NCBI GenBank assembly: GCA_963807785.1 | Contig: CAWEEC010000092.1 | Location: 6,309 to 70,308, forward strand | Reading direction: 5' to 3' | DNA: 64,000 bases | Origin: an uncultured Gammaproteobacteria bacterium | Lineage (GTDB): Bacteria; Pseudomonadota; Gammaproteobacteria; SZUA-229 | Notes under the pieces: generated by a model | Databases searched by the model: none | Seen by the model: the letters and a program-made list of their open reading frames with translations, nothing else | Told to the model about the DNA's origin: nothing | Part shown: in pieces, positions 35,995 to 47,000 of the stretch | Position numbering within the stretch: position 1 is the stretch's first letter | How the letters are laid out: the number at the start of each line of letters is the position of its first letter | Made by a program: the position numbers and the translations under genes

Positions 35995-37314
35995 ATGAGC
36001 AAACAATTCAAGACCGCGCTGGTAATGGTCTTCGGCATATTTTTCGGCATCTCAGTTTCCCTAACGGGCAATGTTCTGGCCAACAAAGAAGAGGCCAAAG
36101 GCTTACCGCTTGATCAGCTGCGTAATTTTTCAGACATCTTTTCCCGAATCAAATCGGATTATGTAGAAGATGTAGCGGACGATGTACTGCTGGAACATGC
36201 CATTCGCGGTATGTTATCTGGACTCGATCCACATTCAACCTATCTCAGCCCTGACGAATACAACGAACTGCGAATCGGTACGTCGGGTGAATTTGGCGGC
36301 CTGGGTATACAGGTTGGCATGGAAGACGGTTTCGTAAAAGTGATCTCACCCATCGATGACACGCCCGCATTCAAGGCCGGACTGGAAGCAGGGGACCTGA
36401 TTATTCGCCTGGATGAAAAGACCGTCAAAGGCCTCACGCTCAATGAAGCGGTAAAAATCATGCGCGGCAAGCCAGGCACCGATATTGAATTAACCGTGGT
36501 GCGTGAGGGCGAGGACAAACCGCTCACCTTCGTTGTCACTCGCGATGTCATCAAGGTTAAAAGTGTCAAGAATAGAATGCTCGATCCGGGATATGGTTAC
36601 ATTCGAATCAGTAACTTCCAGTCAAGAACAGCGCCGCAACTACTGGCAGCAATCAACGCTCTGAAGGAAGAAAACAAGGCCAATCTGAAAGGCCTTGTAC
36701 TTGACCTGCGTAATAATCCAGGTGGTGTTTTGAATGCGGCAGCAGAAGTTTCTGACCTGTTTATAAACAAGGGTAAGCTCGTTTACACCGAGGGTCGTAT
36801 CGATAACTCGCATTATGAGTATAACGCCAAGCCCGGTGACATTCTTGATGGCGCTCCTGTGGTTGTACTGATTAACGGTGGCTCCGCTTCGGCATCAGAA
36901 ATTGTTGCCGGCGCACTTCAGGACCATAGACGCGCTGTTGTCATGGGTAGTAAATCATTCGGCAAAGGTTCAGTACAAACCATTCAGGAGCTCAGAAGCG
37001 GCGGTGCTGTCAAGATTACAACTGCGCGTTATTTCACGCCAAAAGGCAGATCGATTCAGGGCGCTGGAATCACACCGGACATCATACTCGATAAATACAC
37101 CGTGACTTCAACCGAAGATGACTCAGTTTCACGCATTAAAGAATCTGACTTGAGCAACCATATCAGCAACCCGACCATGTCGGATGAAGACATCAAAAAG
37201 TCGGAAAAGGCGTCTAATCAGGCCAAGGGCGACAAGGTTTTGGCGACTGAAGACTATCAGCTTCACGAAGCGCTTCTACTGTTGAAAGGCTTGACCATCC
37301 TGAGTAAATCCTGA
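35995..37314 (+). CDS. S41 family carboxy-terminal processing protease
   Basis: 439 aa. PDZ domain, then GGSASASEIVAGALQD and KGS catalytic motifs. Confidence 0.92.
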   Translation: MSKQFKTALVMVFGIFFGISVSLTGNVLANKEEAKGLPLDQLRNFSDIFSRIKSDYVEDVADDVLLEHAIRGMLSGLDPHSTYLSPDEYNELRIGTSGEFGGLGIQVGMEDGFVKVISPIDDTPAFKAGLEAGDLIIRLDEKTVKGLTLNEAVKIMRGKPGTDIELTVVREGEDKPLTFVVTRDVIKVKSVKNRMLDPGYGYIRISNFQSRTAPQLLAAINALKEENKANLKGLVLDLRNNPGGVLNAAAEVSDLFINKGKLVYTEGRIDNSHYEYNAKPGDILDGAPVVVLINGGSASASEIVAGALQDHRRAVVMGSKSFGKGSVQTIQELRSGGAVKITTARYFTPKGRSIQGAGITPDIILDKYTVTSTEDDSVSRIKESDLSNHISNPTMSDEDIKKSEKASNQAKGDKVLATEDYQLHEALLLLKGLTILSKS

Positions 37315-37335
37315 TTCCGGATAACAGCCATCTAG

Positions 37336-38133
37336 ATGCTGCCTAAACGATACAGGCGATCGGTAGTTCTATCTATACTGATCGCCTTTTTTGTGCCCGC
37401 CTGTTATGCAGATAAATTAGCCAGCATTATTATCGATGACCTTGGTAATAATCTAGAGTACGGTAAAAAGGCCATTGATCTACCTGGCCCGATTACATTA
37501 GCCTTCCTGCCACATACTGTGTTTGCCACTGAGCTCGCAGACAAGGCACACCGTTCCGGTAAAGAAATCATGCTGCACTTGCCATTACAGTCAGTCAGCC
37601 ATCACAGTCATACACCCGGAACCTTAAAACTGCATATGACGCATAACGAGTTCATCAGTCAGCTCGAATCAGATATGAAATCTGTTCCGCATATCAAGGG
37701 CATTAACAATCACATGGGAAGTTTGCTCACACAACATCCTGGTCACATGAACTGGTTAATGGCTGCGCTGGCAAACGAGGGTAATCTCTATTTTGTTGAC
37801 AGTAGAACAACAACCAAATCTGTAGTTTCACTTTTTGCCAAAAAACACAAGGTACCGCATCTGGATCGTGATATTTTCCTTGATCCGGACTTCAGGCCGG
37901 AAACAATTCGCAGAGAATTCACACGCTTCGTCAACAAGGCCCAACAGACAGGATATGCGATCGCTATTGCGCATCCGCACCCTCGCACAATACAATTCAT
38001 AAAAGAACATATCTATGAGCTTGAACAGCAGGGTATTAAGCTCGTTCCAGTATCAGAGATGATAACCAATATACATATCCGCGAGGAAACTAACAATGTC
38101 GCGAGTACTGGTTCCGCTGGCTCAAGGCTGTGA
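37336..38133 (+). CDS. divergent polysaccharide deacetylase family protein (YibQ-like)
   Basis: 265 aa: signal peptide, IIIDDLG..., LAFLPH...HLPL motifs. Syntenic with the envC-like gene, as in E. coli. Confidence 0.8.
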   Translation: MLPKRYRRSVVLSILIAFFVPACYADKLASIIIDDLGNNLEYGKKAIDLPGPITLAFLPHTVFATELADKAHRSGKEIMLHLPLQSVSHHSHTPGTLKLHMTHNEFISQLESDMKSVPHIKGINNHMGSLLTQHPGHMNWLMAALANEGNLYFVDSRTTTKSVVSLFAKKHKVPHLDRDIFLDPDFRPETIRREFTRFVNKAQQTGYAIAIAHPHPRTIQFIKEHIYELEQQGIKLVPVSEMITNIHIREETNNVASTGSAGSRL

Positions 38134-38644
38134 AGAACTTGAAGCCATAACAATTACTGACTTGCTGGTACGCGCCGGAGTAGAAGTAACTACCGCCGGT
38201 CTCGATGACAGGCCCGTGACTGCATCTCGTGGTACCACCATTGTTCCCGATACATCGATAGATACGCTACTCGATCAAACTTTCGATCTGATCGTATTAC
38301 CAGGCGGTTTACCCGGTGCTGATCATTTGCGTGATAACGCAAGCATCCAGACTCTGTTGAAGAACCATGCTGCCCGTGGCAAGTACATAGCTGCCATTTG
38401 CGCTGCTCCCAAAGCGCTTGCTGCTGCTGGTCTGCTCGAAGGAAAAAAAGCAACCGCATACCCCGGCACGCTCGAAGCACTGGGTAATGACAAGATTGAT
38501 ATAACAAGCTCGGCCCTGGAAATCGATGGCAATATTGTGACCTCGCGCGGACCGGGTACGGCGATGGATTTCACGCTGGCACTTATCGAATTGCTGGAAG
38601 GACCGGCCAAAAGGGAGCAGGTCAACCAGCAACTGGTCAGATAA
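38096..38644 (+). CDS. DJ-1/PfpI family protein (YajL-like)
   Basis: 182 aa with the nucleophile elbow AAICAAP. Confidence 0.88.
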   Translation: MSRVLVPLAQGCEELEAITITDLLVRAGVEVTTAGLDDRPVTASRGTTIVPDTSIDTLLDQTFDLIVLPGGLPGADHLRDNASIQTLLKNHAARGKYIAAICAAPKALAAAGLLEGKKATAYPGTLEALGNDKIDITSSALEIDGNIVTSRGPGTAMDFTLALIELLEGPAKREQVNQQLVR

Positions 38645-38754
38645 CCCCCGCGTATCGAGCTCCACGATAAGACCCTGAATATTTTAATATTTATACACAT
38701 AGCTGATCCGCTATAATACCTGACTTGTTTACCAGGTTATTAATTCGGGATACG

Positions 38755-39093
38755 ATGATGCAGGCACAAATTAACGGCAAAACCATTCAACTCAGCGAGG
38801 CCGGTTGGCTGGAAAACCTGGACGAATGGAACGAAGAACTCGCACAGCAGATTGCCAGCAATGAAAAAATTGATGCGTTAACCACTGAACACTGGGACAT
38901 CATCAACGAAGCTCGCGAGTACTTTATTGATAATGGCCAGGTGTGCGAGCCACGCGCATTTTCTAAAATCATGAAGAAAAAATTTGGCAATGACCGCAGC
39001 GATCAAAAATACATTTATTCCCTGTTTCCCACAGGCCTGATTAAATGTGCCAACAAGATTGCAGGATTACCTCGACCAAAAGGTTGTAGCTAG
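38755..39093 (+). CDS. TusE/DsrC-family sulfur-relay protein with two C-terminal Cys
   Basis: The C-terminus LFPTGLIKCANKIAGLPRPKGCS has a penultimate Cys and a second Cys 13 residues upstream. I prefer start ATG 38755. Confidence 0.85.
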   Translation: MMQAQINGKTIQLSEAGWLENLDEWNEELAQQIASNEKIDALTTEHWDIINEAREYFIDNGQVCEPRAFSKIMKKKFGNDRSDQKYIYSLFPTGLIKCANKIAGLPRPKGCS

Positions 39094-39270
39094 ATACCAC
39101 TGTAAGTTAGCTTTTATATTTCGGTGCTAAATTATGTTCTCGCTGCCTGTCGATTGGCAGCAGCAAGCCATGGATAAAATTTATTTTCTGTGTCGCCATT
39201 CAGAGCGGGTAGGGGTCTGTTGTCGTTACAGCACTGGTAAAACTACCCCGGCCTGCAGACAGCCCTCTCA

Positions 39271-39960
39271 TTATGAAGCATAACGTACTGCCTCGACGCG
39301 CATACACAGTGTTACATCATCACTCACCATCGGTGTCAGACTGATAATACCAAACTCCGATCGACGGATTTTCGTTGAAGCTTTCACCTGAATCCGTTGA
39401 CCGTTATCACTGATATTCGCGTCCTTCTCAGTCAGTACAACATGAAACCCGACTGACCGCGTCACATCACGAATTGTCAAATCACCAATTAATACTGCTT
39501 CTTTTTCACTAACCCAGTAAAAACCTGTGCTCACAAATATGAATTCAGGGTAATCATCACTGTTGAAAAAATCTTCTCCTTCAAGGAGCATCTCAATAAA
39601 TCCTGCCGGCGCCTCCAGACTTCCCGTTTCAACCATCATCATGGCCTGGCCATTAGTGCCGGTTGAATCATTTTCTACCGTGAAGCCACCTTTGAAGTTG
39701 TTAAATTTCCCCTCAATCATACCTATTGGACTATCGACACAAAACCCCATTGATGAGGATGTTGGTTGAATACGATACAGATTTCCTTTAGCAGCAGCAT
39801 CAAGCATATGCTGAAGCGCAGACTCATCAACGTTGCGGTGTTTGAAGGCAGCACAGAGTCCATCACTACTGTCATCCTGCATCACAACATTATCAGCGTT
39901 TGATACAAAAGAAAGTACGATAAAAATCAGTATTTTCGATAACAAGCGGACATTAAACAT
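39271..39960 (-). CDS. secreted YceI-like protein, paralogue 1
   Basis: Signal peptide and YceI pattern (LYRIQPTSSSMGFCVDSPIGMIEGKFNNFKGG...YPEFIFVS...GDLTIRDVTRSVGF...RRSEFGI). Confidence 0.8.
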   Translation of the reverse strand: MFNVRLLSKILIFIVLSFVSNADNVVMQDDSSDGLCAAFKHRNVDESALQHMLDAAAKGNLYRIQPTSSSMGFCVDSPIGMIEGKFNNFKGGFTVENDSTGTNGQAMMMVETGSLEAPAGFIEMLLEGEDFFNSDDYPEFIFVSTGFYWVSEKEAVLIGDLTIRDVTRSVGFHVVLTEKDANISDNGQRIQVKASTKIRRSEFGIISLTPMVSDDVTLCMRVEAVRYAS

Positions 39961-39981
39961 ATTGAATAAAACCGTACCAAG

Positions 39982-40666
39982 CTAATAATAGTGACTTAAC
40001 AGCAACGGCTTTCCAGATGACGGATCTGGTATGTTTATGTTTCTCGCTGCCTGCATTGTGAGACATAATTTAACCGGCTGGTCTCGCACAACCACCCGCT
40101 TACGGTTAAAAGTATCTGTGCTGATTTCCGTGATAGCTTTCAGGGCGATGATATCCTGCCGGGTGCCTGGCATACCGGCATCCGGCAAAGCAATATCCAG
40201 CACAAGCTGACGTTTATCGCTGGCAGTCGTCAGAATACCGGTAATTTTAGCTGTCTGTTTCGTGATAGCGAAATCAGTTGCTTCAAATGACATGCGCTTC
40301 AATTCGTCTGACAGGTACTCATTATCTGAGATGCTGGCCGTGACCGCATCGGTAGCTACATGACCTGCAGATACAATCGATTGCCGTTCTCTCCACTGTG
40401 ACAGGCCCGAATTCACGTCTTTGAAGATACCTTCGCTTGTACCATCGTCAGTTCGCCAGCAAAAGCCCGTCATTATTGACTCGGGTATCAACTGGTATGT
40501 GGAAGACTGTTTCATGCTGCGCAGCAGGTTTTCTAGCAAAAGCAACATCCGTTGCCTGCCCATTTTGTACCGCATCGATTCGCTCGAGGGAAAAATATAC
40601 CGCATAGCCCATGATCACAATAAAAACCACGGCAAGCATTGCACGTGTATTGAACTGTATAAACAT
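39982..40666 (-). pseudogene. divergent YceI-like paralogue 4, probably split by a +1 frameshift
   Basis: A 72-aa ORF (40448..40666, signal anchor) and a 207-aa ORF (39982..40605, YQLIPESIMTGFC...KLCLTM) overlap in different frames. The span is 685 nt (3n+1), giving 227 aa, the same size as paralogues 1-3. Confidence 0.45.
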
Positions 40667-41013
40667 CCTGCAACCTCCATAGTTAACATTAGTAATTTAT
40701 AATATGCTTATTATATAAAATCAAGTAACCAGACAAAATGATATGAATTTTTATTACGGTTATGTAAGGACAAACCAAGGGCAGACCTGATATAACCTGC
40801 GTGCCTTGGCATTGCCGCGCCTGATGGGCCGGGAATATACAGGCATGCCAGTAGGTTTGTCGGCGATAACAAGCTGATATTCAGTGGACCGGTATATCTG
40901 CCCAATTGCACACATTTTATAATCCAGTCAGATACAGGCTGTTAAAATCACTGCATGATTATTACTACCGGGTTGTTTATGGCTCAGAGTAAGCAGAACT
41001 TTGGCACCAGGAC

Positions 41014-41796
41014 ATGAGATCCATTTTATTTGATCTGGACGGCGTACTTTATACCGGTGAAAACGCGATCGGGGGAGCAGCAGCTACAATTAACTGGTGT
41101 CTGGACAAGGCTATCCCTCATCTTTTTCTGACCAACACAACTTCTCGTCCACGTACTGCCCTGGTCGATAAACTTGCCCGGTTTAATATCAACTCAAACC
41201 CTGCCGATTTTCTGACTCCACCCGTCGCGGCAAAGCAATGGTTAATCAGGCATGTTGACGGCGCCATTGCACTTTTCATTCCTGATGCAACGCGCGATGA
41301 ATTTACAGCGTTCGAACAATGCGGGCAATCGGCCGAGTCCGGTGCTGCTGCGGTTGTCATTGGTGATCTGGGCGAAGCCTGGGATTTTAAAACGCTGAAC
41401 CGTGCATTTCGCCTGCTCATGAGCTCGCCAGATACAAAGCTAATTGCCCTGGGGATGACTCGTTACTGGCGTGCAGAAGACGGGCTCAGGCTGGATGCGG
41501 CCCCGTTTGTAAAAGCGCTGGAACATGCCAGTGGTCGTCAAGCTGTTGTACTCGGAAAACCCTCAAAAGAATTTTATTCAAGCGCACTGGACAAACTTGG
41601 CTGCGATGCCAGTGAAACCATAATGATAGGTGATGATATCCGGGGTGATATCGAGGGATCACAGAATACGGGTATACGGGGCATACTGGTAACAACGGGC
41701 AAGTTTCAACCCACGGATATGGAGCAGGGCATAAAGCCTTATGACGTAATACCAAGCATCGCCGAATTACCCGCATGGTGGGATGCTCATAACTGA
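41014..41796 (+). CDS. HAD-superfamily subfamily IIA hydrolase
   Basis: 260 aa. FDLDGVLY motif I, LTNTTS motif II, GDD near the C-terminus. Confidence 0.85.
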   Translation: MRSILFDLDGVLYTGENAIGGAAATINWCLDKAIPHLFLTNTTSRPRTALVDKLARFNINSNPADFLTPPVAAKQWLIRHVDGAIALFIPDATRDEFTAFEQCGQSAESGAAAVVIGDLGEAWDFKTLNRAFRLLMSSPDTKLIALGMTRYWRAEDGLRLDAAPFVKALEHASGRQAVVLGKPSKEFYSSALDKLGCDASETIMIGDDIRGDIEGSQNTGIRGILVTTGKFQPTDMEQGIKPYDVIPSIAELPAWWDAHN

Positions 41797-41830
41797 CAAC
41801 TACAACCAGCTATTGAATTAAAGCTGCGTA

Positions 41831-42499
41831 CTATTGTGCCTGGTACCTGAGCGCACTTACTCGCATACATAGATCGACATTATCGCTGACAAGCAAGGAC
41901 AGGCTGTCTATTCCAAAATCTGAACGCTGTATATTTGCAGTTGCTGTTACCACTATTTCCTGTTCGTGCTCGGCACGTGTACCTATTATATTGGTCAACT
42001 CGACTCTGAATCTGACGGGTTTACTTATGCCGTGCATTGTTAACATGCCATACAAGCTCGCTGTGGTATCAGTTTCCCATCTGAGCGCATTGCTGACAAA
42101 AAGTATTTTTGGAAATTTCTGCGCATGCAGGAAGCGCTCACTTTGCAACATATCTCTAATAAATTCACTATCAGTCTTGAGGCTTGCAGAATCAATCATG
42201 ACCAGCATTTGTGATTCATCTCCCCACACTTCACGTCGCAGGGCGAGTCCTCCCTGAATTCGCCTGAACTCGGCCTCTACACGCCCGACCAGGCTATCAA
42301 CGCAGAACCCGACTCTGGAAGTTGTCGAATGAATTCGATACAGGTGGCCATCTTTAGCCGCATCCAGCATCTCGGCAACCAGCGCCTGGTCAACCACACC
42401 GTTTCTGAAGGGTGCACAAATGCGGTTATCTGCCGCATTTACTACAAATATAAAACCAGATAGATAAAGGGCGAGAGTAATTTTAAGGAATTGGCGCAT
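41831..42499 (-). CDS. secreted YceI-like protein, paralogue 2
   Basis: Same architecture and conserved Cys positions as paralogues 1 and 3 (ICAPF, GFCVDS, LCMRV). Confidence 0.8.
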   Translation of the reverse strand: MRQFLKITLALYLSGFIFVVNAADNRICAPFRNGVVDQALVAEMLDAAKDGHLYRIHSTTSRVGFCVDSLVGRVEAEFRRIQGGLALRREVWGDESQMLVMIDSASLKTDSEFIRDMLQSERFLHAQKFPKILFVSNALRWETDTTASLYGMLTMHGISKPVRFRVELTNIIGTRAEHEQEIVVTATANIQRSDFGIDSLSLLVSDNVDLCMRVSALRYQAQ

Positions 42500-42652
42500 T
42501 TATAACCACGGACCTGCATCGGTCTTCCGATTATAGGCAGTAGCCCGGACAAAAAGATTGAGACAGGTCAAAGACTGTTAAATGACCTTTTGCAGCTTAA
42601 ACCGGTGAATAGATGGTTTTGATATACAACAATAGCTGCTATACAAACCGTC

Positions 42653-43330
42653 TCATGAGCTGTATTTTACTGCGTCAACACTCATGCACAGGTTTACCGA
42701 GTCACTAACCATAGGTGATAGCGCATTTAATCCGAATTCAGACCGACGTATTAAGGTTGTTGCCTTAACAAGAATACGCTGCTCTTTTTCGTGCTCGCCG
42801 GACTCTTCGATGAGTTTCACATGAAAACCAACCTGCTTGGTGATGCCGTGCATGGTCAAATCACCCAGCAGCACTGCCTCGGTTTTACTGACCCACTTGA
42901 ATCCGGTGCTGACAAAGAGGATTTCGGGATAATTATCGACATCAAAGAATTTCTTGCCTTTAAGTATGCTTTCAATAAAAGACCCGTTTGCGTCCAGGCT
43001 GGCTGTGTTGACCATAACCACGGCCTGCTCGTCTTTGGACTGGCTTTGCTGCAAGAATGTGAGCCCACCCTTGAAGTCTTTAAATTCGCCTTCAATAAGG
43101 CCAATTGGGCTGTTGATACAAAATCCGACTTTAGATGTCGACGGCTTGATACGATACAAGTGACCGTCCTCAGCAGCAGCCAGCATTTTCGAGACAACCG
43201 CGTCATCAACGATACCTTCTTTGAAAGGTGCACAAATATCGCTTTCAGCTATGGCAAGCGCTGAAACAGCAGACAGTAACAACCCGACAAATACACTTTT
43301 AATGATCTTCATACTACACACCATAGTCAT
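42653..43330 (-). CDS. secreted YceI-like protein, paralogue 3
   Basis: About half of residues are identical to paralogue 1 by eye. ICAPF, GFCINS and LCMSV are conserved. Signal peptide ends ALAIA. Confidence 0.8.
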   Translation of the reverse strand: MTMVCSMKIIKSVFVGLLLSAVSALAIAESDICAPFKEGIVDDAVVSKMLAAAEDGHLYRIKPSTSKVGFCINSPIGLIEGEFKDFKGGLTFLQQSQSKDEQAVVMVNTASLDANGSFIESILKGKKFFDVDNYPEILFVSTGFKWVSKTEAVLLGDLTMHGITKQVGFHVKLIEESGEHEKEQRILVKATTLIRRSEFGLNALSPMVSDSVNLCMSVDAVKYSS

Positions 43331-43513
43331 AGACTGCGGATTAATATTAGCGAATTCTAATATAGATGCCCGTGGGTGTCAAGCTGACATGATAGATTGA
43401 ATCTCATCTGTTTTTTGTAACTAATTGTTTATATTTATTATTTATTAACCGATGCTGTTGTGATATCGAGCCCGCTGCTACTTCAGCCTGTTCCAGCACC
43501 CTGACAGACCTGC

Positions 43514-43554
43514 AAAAAGAAAGCCCCTGTCGGCTGACGCCGGCAGGGGCTTTC
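43514..43554 (-). terminator. rho-independent terminator after the cold-shock gene
   Basis: Minus-strand RNA GAAAGCCCCUG...CAGGGGCUUUC (11-bp stem plus inner pairs) followed by U5. Confidence 0.9.
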
Positions 43555-43579
43555 AAATCAGAAAAAGCAGCAGCGAGTA

Positions 43580-43789
43580 CTAGATCGCTTTTACGTTTTC
43601 AGCCTGCGGGCCTTTCTGGCCCTGGGTTACTGTAAATTCAACCTTCTGGCCTTCAGACAGGGTTTTAAAGCCTTCGCCAGTAATGGCGCTGAAATGCACA
43701 AAAACATCGGGGCCGGATTCCTGTTCGATAAAGCCGAAACCCTTTGTATCATTGAAGAATTTAACTGTTCCTGTAACGGTGTTTGACAT
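43580..43789 (-). CDS. cold-shock protein, CspA family
   Basis: 69 aa: [15 protein letters not shown] (RNP1), VFVHFSAI (RNP2). Confidence 0.95.
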   Translation of the reverse strand: MSNTVTGTVKFFNDTKGFGFIEQESGPDVFVHFSAITGEGFKTLSEGQKVEFTVTQGQKGPQAENVKAI

Positions 43790-44036
43790 AGTTATTACCT
43801 GTATAAATATAATTACTTTAAGTTGGTTATTGCTAAGAAATACAGGTATTACTTATGAATTGCAGGACGAATTAGCGAGAATAGACGTCATAATGGTGTA
43901 CATAAATATTGCCTTATATTTCAGGCTGTAAGGATTATACACAGCGATGTGATTCCGTCAAACTAATTTTCAAAATAAATATACTGCCTTATTTGAGTAA
44001 ACCCTGATTATTAATCCTGTTTTACCAGTATCGTTT

Positions 44037-47000
44037 TTAATGTTTTTCTCGATGTACCCAGTCAGCCCCTAGTGTACCTTGTGACCTGTCAAGATAGTTC
44101 TGGCTGGTCACCCATTCGATCATATGCTCGGCTTTTTCGAAATGTTCATTCAAATCCGCCCATTTTTCTGTTTCATCCTCGTTGGTATCGTCCATTTTCT
44201 GTTCAACATAATCCCTGTTCATACACCAAAGCGCAGCATCTCGCTCCTGCTTGATCCTCAGTCTCTCCTGGTACCAGTCACTCTGCAAAAGATAATCTCT
44301 TGTGAACATGTCACGAATAGCTGGATCATCAATGTTCATACCTTCATAACTGCCATGCGCCATGATATGAAGCAAGGCCTGTAAAGGAGGGCAGGCGTCA
44401 TTGACCGAATCATCTTCAAAGTAAGCATTAGCAACACGTTGCTGTGCTTCAGTTATATTGTGTATACCATCAACATAGGCATCCATGTCCTGCGTTTCAG
44501 GCCGTAACATGACCTCATCAAATACGATTGTTGGACTATCAAATACCTTACCGAAATAGGCATGTACAAAATGGTCTGTTATTCTGTACCCAAGCCTGCT
44601 CGCATGTACTGTTTTCCCGTTGTATTCAAAATCATCCAGTTTTTCCAGGTAGCCATGCTCAATCAAAAACTCGGGGTCACGATGCTTTACCGGAATTCGG
44701 CACCATATTTCCGGTATCAGCATACTGATATCATGATCGATGCGGCGCGTACCAATATAGCCTGCTGCCGTGGTAAAACCATGGTGCCCGCATAATATGA
44801 ATGCAACCAGGGCGTTATTCAGATCCGAAGTTGTTGATAATGAATTGAACGGCCCTTTTGTGAGCGCACCTTCCGATCCGGCTCCCGTAGTAGAAGGTGA
44901 CTTGCCGGTCAGGCTACAGATAAGGTCCATAAACAATTCAGGCAATTCCTGGTAATGGATCGGGTTGTACACCGCCAGCGGGCGAATACCTGCTTTTTTA
45001 TCCTGCGGATTGTTTCGATGACCCTGCAATACTGAATTCACCGGGAAATATACTGGCTGTTCAAGTGTCAGGCCGCGTGCCAGCCGCGTGCCCATTACAG
45101 CAAGATACTTGTGTCGCGGATTTGCCAGATCGGGACGCTGCTGTAGATAGCGTACATTCAGGCTGGGCTTGCCATTAACGATACGGGGATGTGACGATGA
45201 CACGAAATACTGGTCGTCTGGCTTGGTGGCAGCATCACGAATTCGTTGTTGCATAGGCTCTGAATACTCTTCAAAGCCGACCACATCTTCTACCAGCTCG
45301 CGGGCATCAAGGCTGGTTAGTGGCTGAAAGTTGGAAATAAAATTATTCGTTCCAGCCAGATCCGACTCTGTTTGTGTATCTAAACCACGATTAATGGCAT
45401 CATCCGGGCGCTGGAACAGATGGTTTTCACAATTAACAACCAGCTTGATACTTTTATTACTGTAATCCCTGTTAAGTCCCTCAACGTAATTGGTTGGCAC
45501 CACCACGGAAGCTGTTATGTCATCTTCCATTTGTACTTTTTTTGCAGCTACAAAATCCTGACGCAGTTTGTATATGCGCCAGGTACCATCACTGTGGATA
45601 CCGACACGCAAGTAACCGGTGATAAGCTTACGGCCCTGGTATTTGAGTTCATGCCCGGGATTACCATTTACTTCATCTACCGTAAAGTGTTTTCGCCAGG
45701 TCTTTCCCCATTTCTGCTTGTAGAACCGCTTGATCATGAATACCAGCGCAAGAATATGTTGCGCTATAGTTTCAAGCCACTGGTTATGTTCATCTGTAAA
45801 TTCAGCAGATGGTGTTAACAATTTGATTACCGAACCAAGGCTACGCTCGTTGCTTAATAACGTTCGTGCGTCTGTTACCGATGGATCACGAAACCTGTTT
45901 GAATAGTCCCTGTTGAAAATGGCTTCAACCTGGTCAAGGTCTTTATCATAATCACCTATATATATCGGACCACATAACATGGAGTCCTGTATAGATTTTG
46001 AAATTTCTGATTTACCACCACCGGATACCGTGCTGGGCTTATGGCAGAAAGTACCTTCACCGAGGGTTCCAATCAGCCGCCAGCTGGGCGCCTTGGGATG
46101 TTTTTCCATATGTACTTTAAAACCACTGGGGTACAGGTATGAGTGCCTGGCCAATAATTTTATTTGCTGTAGTTCTCCATGTTTATACCAGCTGATATGA
46201 TGTTGTTGCATATCAATTTGCGCAGTCTCGGGAATATATAGAATATCCGGATAGTTCAAATCTACAGCATAACCCTGTTCCTTGATGTTAATGCTGCCTT
46301 CCAGCTGCTTGCATAAACGCTTAAAGGTATGACCACTCATCTCCAGTTCGATCTTTGGCAAATATGTTTCACCAAGATTAAAGCGAGGGAAGGCAAGCGC
46401 GCCTCCTGAATGCTCTTCCTCAACACCACCAAACAGATTGGCTGAATAACTTATTTGTGATTTAACTTCTTTTTTACTGTAACCAAAATAATTATCCGCA
46501 ATTATCGTGACAACAACACCTGACATATCACGACAAACAATCTTGAACGCCTGGCCATCATTATATAACTCGTTATCATCTTCCCAGCACATACCGTCTT
46601 TGCGTTGACGTTGCGTTGCATTATCAATATGCGGCAGGCCAAGCGCTTTTTTACTAAGTCGTGTTAAATGTGGTGCCAGAATGATACAGCCACTATGTCC
46701 TGTCCAGTGATCAATATCTAGCGCAGCATCATTTTCGGAAAGGAATGGATCACCCGCATTGCCAAAGATTGACTCTACGAAATCGAGATTTGCTACCAGG
46801 CTGCCCGGCGCAAACATGCGTGTTTCCAGGCTCTTCGCAGGCATTACACCTGCCACCTCCGGGCGCACGACAGGCCTTACCAGTAATGATACCCACAGAT
46901 CTATTGGTTTAGCTAACTGACTGGTAATCGGCAAGCCCATAAACTCTGTTGGCGGATCCAGGGCAACCTGCAATAAGTTGGCAAAAACGGCCACAGGGAC

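Noticed and set aside
39130-39155. The 18-nt motif ATGTTCTCGCTGCCTG after the DsrC/TusE gene recurs (with one extra T) at ~40032 inside the YceI-like-4 gene: possible remnant of another paralogue or a repeat element.
   Set aside because: Translating the intergenic copy in the corresponding frame gives no YceI-like sequence. The similarity is short and could be chance. The intergenic copy is also part of a small hairpin (GCTGCC...GGCAGC).
40740-40915. GC-richer ~150-nt patch in the AT-rich spacer upstream of the HAD gene (also listed as the 66-aa ORF 40711..40911): possible sRNA or riboswitch.
   Set aside because: No match to riboswitch cores I know (TPP, FMN, cobalamin, glycine, SAM, SRP/6S). 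There are only short unstable hairpins, and the ORF translation looks random. It could be another gene relic, but I cannot support any call.
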